Assembly: GCA_938085445.1 (NCBI GenBank)
Contig: CALKGR010000076.1
Coordinates: forward strand, 25,921 to 89,920
From: an uncultured Rubripirellula sp.
GTDB taxonomy: Bacteria > Planctomycetota > Planctomycetia > Pirellulales > Pirellulaceae
Length of the DNA stretch: 64,000 nt
Reading direction: 5' to 3'
In this document: piece after piece, positions 24,001 to 30,000 of the stretch
Layout: each line of letters opens with the position of its first letter
Numbering within the stretch: the stretch's first letter is position 1
Notes under the pieces: model-generated
What the model saw: the letters and a program-made list of their open reading frames with translations, nothing else
Told to the model about the DNA's origin: nothing
Databases searched by the model: none
Position numbers and translations under genes: made by a program

Positions 24001-27000
24001 GACCTACATCGGGTTTACTGGAGGGGATGGAGGAGCGACTTCGACCCAAACGGTCAGTAGTTTTGCGATGACGATTAACGATTTGGATAATCCGAATGGA
24101 TCGACGTCGAGTGAAGGCTTTGAAAATTGGGAGATTAACGGCAATCGGTTGTTGACCGTGACTGGACTGGAGCCCAGTGGTGCGGATGAGACGGTGTTCC
24201 TTGATGAATTGGTTTTGGCTACTAATCCAGCCGGTTTTGTCCCGGGACTGAATTCCTATGTGACCAATTACACAGCAAATCTTGCTGCAACCACTGCAGC
24301 CACGGTTCTCTATATCGATGAATCCAATGCAAACGGCAATGACGGCACATTCTCAAACTGGCTCTACAACACCGGCAACGACCATGCAAGGGTTAACTAC
24401 GACGTCAGACCTGGCGAGGTTGGCGGCAATTATCCGAACAAGGCCAAAGACAATTACGGGACGACTCAAAACGGTAGTGGCATCATTTTCTTTGGTAGTC
24501 AGATCCCATATCTGTGGGAGGATGCCAGTGGAACAACTATCAGTTCCGGGGCAGGAAATCTGACTGATGGGTTGGGATATCTCGACACCTTGGCTAATGC
24601 GCAAATCTACAGCAAAGCGGCGACTGGGAACGATGCTGACAGTTACAAGAATGTCACTCAGGGTACGGGGCCCCAAAACGACAACGCTTCGCCAGGTAAG
24701 GGGATCTTCCCTGTGCTGCCGGCAGATTTTCCCACCTCCGTTTCGGTGTCGAGTCCTTCGGCTCGATCGCTCGGAGGAAGTGGAATTACTGCTGGATCGT
24801 TGGATATCACCGCTCTCTTTCTGGATATCAACGGTCCAATCAATGTTGGGGCTGTCAATCAGGAAATCAGTGTCGTTCTGGGTAGTGATCTCAATCAGCA
24901 GATAATGAACTATCAAAATGCCTATGAGAATGGAACGCAGGCCAGCGCGACAATGGATATCGATTCGTACTTCGGCAACTCAGGGATGACGGGGTATTAC
25001 GACGCTGCCTATGAGAAGATTTTTCTTGATCCTTATGCAATCAATGCGGGAGTGACTGAGGCTGTTTTCACGGGAGCCATCATTTCGACCACAGAGTTTG
25101 GTCAAATCAATGTCCACAGTGATCCTGGGGACATCGCGATCAACAACCAGACCAATTATCCGCTTGTCTTGGCGACAATCGCAGCATCAGACCAACAAGT
25201 GGCTGGGATTGTACTAATGAACGACACCATTACCAATAAATCAACTGCTTACGTTTACAACCCTGTGGACGAAGTTCGTGTTTTTCAAGGTGATTTTAAC
25301 TCTGACATGGATGAGATGACGCTGGTCAATTCGTTGGCGACAGATTCTGCTTCTTTCCAACCCGGTTCAGAGCAGAGTAGCGTTGCGGGTAGTGTCATGT
25401 CGTCAGAGCTTGCTTATCAATGGGAGACCGATGCGTGGATTTCGCGTGACCTGCATTTCAGCGTCAATGCCAGCGGTGGATATGATCTTCAGTCCTCATC
25501 AGCAAACGATGATTCTTGGACTTGGGGACCAGAAAGTGGCTCTTCAAACAATACAACGGTTGAAAAGAATCCTTTTCCATCGATCGACACACTACTGTTG
25601 TCCAACGGGCAGGACAACAACGCTAACGCCTATTGGCATCCAGAGAAGTTTACTTCCTTGGAAGACGACTTCACCGTCACTTTTACCTATCGGGCAAGTG
25701 GCGAACGGTCTGCCGATGGAATCACTTTTGCATTTCAAAATGAAGGGGCCACAGCGGTGGGCGGTCCGGGGGGGGCCTTGGGTTACGTTGGTATTACGGG
25801 GGCGACAGCGGCCTATCAAATCAACCTGTATGAGGGCCACGTGCAGGGGTCGAATTTTGTTACATCCAATACCTCCGGGAATTATATCTCAACCAGTCCT
25901 GTGAACTTCAACAGTGGCAATGAGATCCGTGTCGAGCTCGCTTATGATGTTGATGCGCAGACCTTGACGGAAACACTGACGGACTTGACTGCCGGCACGT
26001 CATACGCAATCACCCACGATAATATTGACCTGGGGGCCTTACTCGGATCGTCGGCTTATGTCGGCTTCACGGGAGGCGATGGTGGAGCAACTTCGATACA
26101 AACAGTCACTGATTTTTCATTGACTTCAAGTTCGGGGAATTTGGAAGGATTTGCTTCGTGGAACGATCTCTGGCGCCAAAAAATCCTCACGGAGAATACG
26201 GAGACCAACGCGACCCAGACTGTTAAAGCGATCATCACTCAAGCCGAGACCGCCACCACTCATTTTGACGGATCATCCAGCGGTGCGTGGGACATGGGAC
26301 CGTCGACAACTTGGGACTGGACTTATCCAACCGAGATTCTGCTGCAAGTTGTGAATCAGGTGCCAGCTGCAAACCCAATTTCCCTCGATTTCGGCGGGGT
26401 GCAATCGGGTAGTCTCGCAGTGGTCTCCAACGAGGACTTGGAATTGGCGGGAAATATTATTTTTCCGGGTTCTGTTCGTTTGTCGTCAGCGCAAGATTTG
26501 ACGCAGGCTCACAACGCGGTCGTGGCGGCGGGGCAGCTTGATCTGGTTGCTGAAAACGGCAGTGTTGGTGAAGCAGGTTTTCCAATTCACATTGAGAGTG
26601 ATTCATCCAATGCAGTCAACGTCAACTCAGATGCCGGCGTTTATCTGTCTGCTGACGCCGACCTTTGCGTGGGGCAGTTGGTGGCATCGGACGGGCCTGT
26701 GGAAGTGACCACCGCCGGCAATCTTACATCGGGAGCGAGTGATGCGAAAATCGAAGGTACCAATATTACTTTGCAGGTGGTCAACGGGAGTATTGGTACG
26801 CAATTGGAACCACTGACTATTTACACTCAGGTCTCGCAACTTGAATCAGGTACCGTGACCGACGGGTTGTTAACTGCGGCGGCCGCGGATGGTGTCTTTG
26901 TGGTTCAACCTGAAGGCGATCTGCGGCTTCTTTCCGTAACCACAAGTTCTCCCTTGGGCGTGGTTTCGATTACGACGCAGGGTGGCAGTATCACCGATGG

Positions 27001-30000
27001 GAATGCCTCCGATGTTTTCAATCTCAATCAGTTGACGCGTCAGGAAGCTGAAGAGTTGATCGAGCAAATCAAGAACGTGCAGCAGAATACTGCTGACCTC
27101 ACCGTAACGGCTTTCGAGGCCTCCGTCGATCAGAAGTACTTGCAGTATTGGACGCTACTGCCTGCAAACGGAGCTTACAATGAACAAACCGGGATGTTTG
27201 TTCTTAATGATGATGGAATCACGTATTATCAAACTCCTGCAAATCTTTATTACACCGAGCAGTCGGGCAACGAATCAGAGGTTGTTGCTACTGAAGCACA
27301 GGTGCAGGAATACGGTAACCTGCTGTATCAAAATAGCCTGGCTGTGTTCCAAGAAAATCTGGTGTTTGGTGCGGATTGGGTCAGCTTACCGCAGTTCCAA
27401 AGTTACGACCCCAACTACACGTTTACCGCTTCGGAAGTTGTGGTGAACGAATTGACCTATGGTGCGACTGATCTGAGCAATTCTTTTGCAATGCTGTCGC
27501 TGGAAGCTCTGGGGCCACAAGGTTCTGCCGTTCTTGGCCCCATCAAGCCGGCAGTCAAGACTACTGTCTTGAACCTCGATGCCGCGGGAAGTATCGGCTT
27601 ACCTTTTCATGTAGTTAAAATTGACTACGAAAAGTTTCTGCAAGGTAATTTGTCCAGCCAGGAAACATCAATTTTAACCCAGGCAACTGCCGCGGGAGAG
27701 CTGCAAATCATTGGTGTCAATGCGAGTGGGCAGCGTGTCGTGTATTCTTCGCGCAGTCAGCCTGAAAATGTCACTCCTGTTGCTGTGTTGGTTCAAATTG
27801 ACAAGCCCATTTACGTTGATCTTGCAGAAAATGGGCTGGTTCAACTCCAGGCGGAAGACTCGATCAACTTGGCGGAAGCTTTGGGGAACCTCAATATTCT
27901 TCATGCTGAAACTTCCGGTACTGTTAAATTTGTTTCTCAGGCAAATGTTTTTAACATACCCTTGAATCAGACTACTTCGGTAACAGGTTGGTCGAGTGAC
28001 AAGGGCGGGGTGCTGGGTTACACGGATAATGACCTTGTCTACACGGCGACTGACTTCACGCTGGGCAGTCCCGTCTTTTCAACCGGTGCAATCGCAAATG
28101 GCAGCTTCGAGCAACCAGTACAATCGGCTGACGGCTTTACCTACGATCCGGTGACAACCGACTGGACTTTCAGTAGTCAATCTGGCATCTCGGGCAACGG
28201 CAGTGGTTTCACGAATGACAATCCGGTCGCACCACTGGGAAGCCAGGTTGCCTTCATTCAAGAGCAAGGAAAGATGTCCCAGCAAATTGATGGGTTGGTT
28301 GCTGGACAAGCCTACTCGCTTCAATTCGACGTTGCTCAGAGAAGCGGTTTTCCCTCTCCCACTTTCACTGTCGATTTAGATGGCCAGCTATTAACAACGC
28401 AAACACCGGTATCAACTGCTTATGAAACGGTAACGATTCCATTTTCCCTTGATACAACATCGATCGAACTGACCGACGGTCAATACAGTGAAGCCCATGC
28501 GTATTGGTACCAAACCCCTATTGCTATCGGTGATGCTGGTCAATTCACTGTTGAGTTTACCTATCAGGCAGGCGGTGATGCAGCAGCTGATGGCGTCACC
28601 TTCGCATTTCAGAAGGAAGGCACCAACGCTCTTGGTGCAACAGGCGGAGCCCTTGGCTATGTGGGGATTACAGGACCTACGGCCGCCTACCAAATCAATC
28701 TCTACGATGGCCACCAACAGGGCTCGAACTTTGTCACGACCAATTCCTCAGAAGCCTATCTCTCAACAGATCCGATTGATTTCAATAGTGGTAATCCAAT
28801 TCAGGTCCAACTGGTTTTTGATGCGGTACAGCAGACAGTCGTGGAGACCCTGACGGATACTTTGCAAAACACGACTTTTACACGGACCTACGATGGAGTT
28901 GACCTCGCGACGTTACTGGATGACTACGCATATATTGGGTTCACTGGTGGAGACGGTGGTGCGTCATCCATTCAAACGGTCACTGATTTTAAATTGTGGC
29001 GTGAAGACAAAAGTAGTTCTCCAGCAATCAGTGGATTTGGTGGTTGGGAGTTTACCGGTCAACACACACTGACATTCCAAGGAGTGGATGCAGCGTCTGT
29101 CGACCAGACTGCTTTCTTTGACGCCGTCAAAATCACACGCTCGCCGGGTATTGTGTCGGGTGATTTGCGTCTGGTTGCGAGTGAGGCTCTTGGTACGGAA
29201 TCCATCCCTTTGAATGTACAGGTGGGCGGCAGATTGGACGTGTTTGCCACCGATGATCTCTACTTAACGCATGCGTCAAGCAACAATCTGCTTCTGAATG
29301 CAATCTACGCGGGGGGGGATTCAACGATTGAGGCTCCCACTGCGAATGTTTTTGCAGTTGAAAACCTTTTCAAGGGTTCCGTAGCCGGTTTCGGTGTCGA
29401 TGGATCGGGTAACGGTTGGGCCAGCGAATCCGTAGAGGGATCGGTTTCCTTTACAGAGGATACTGTGGCCTTGCAAAATGCTGCTGCTCCGGCGGGAGCG
29501 ACTGATACTTGGTATAGCAATGCAGCGACCCAACTTGATAATTCGGTTACCATTGAGGACCGATTCATCTCCAGCTTTGTCTATCAAAATGATGGTTTCG
29601 ATGCGAATCTCAGTTTCGTATTGGCATCTGTCGACACCAACGTTGCAACGCTTGCCCAAGCTGGGAAGACAATTGTTCCGAATACCTTCACGCTGGTGAT
29701 TGATGACGACGCCATTGATGCTGCGTATGGTGGTCACTTTAAGTCGACGCCGGTACCCGACCAGTTCGGGATCTCCTCGGGAGATCCAATTGAAGTGCTG
29801 TTGATTTATGAGTTCTTGACAAGGACTGCGTCGGTGACGTTGACCAATGCTGGGACATCGCTGACGTTCGACCTGCCAGCTCTTGATCTGGTTAAGGTGC
29901 TGGGAACCAATCAAGCAAAAGTGGGTTTTGTGGCTCACGGAGATGGTCTGGATTCGATTCAGAATGTCAGTGCTTTCAGTTTTTCATACGGTGCTCCAAC

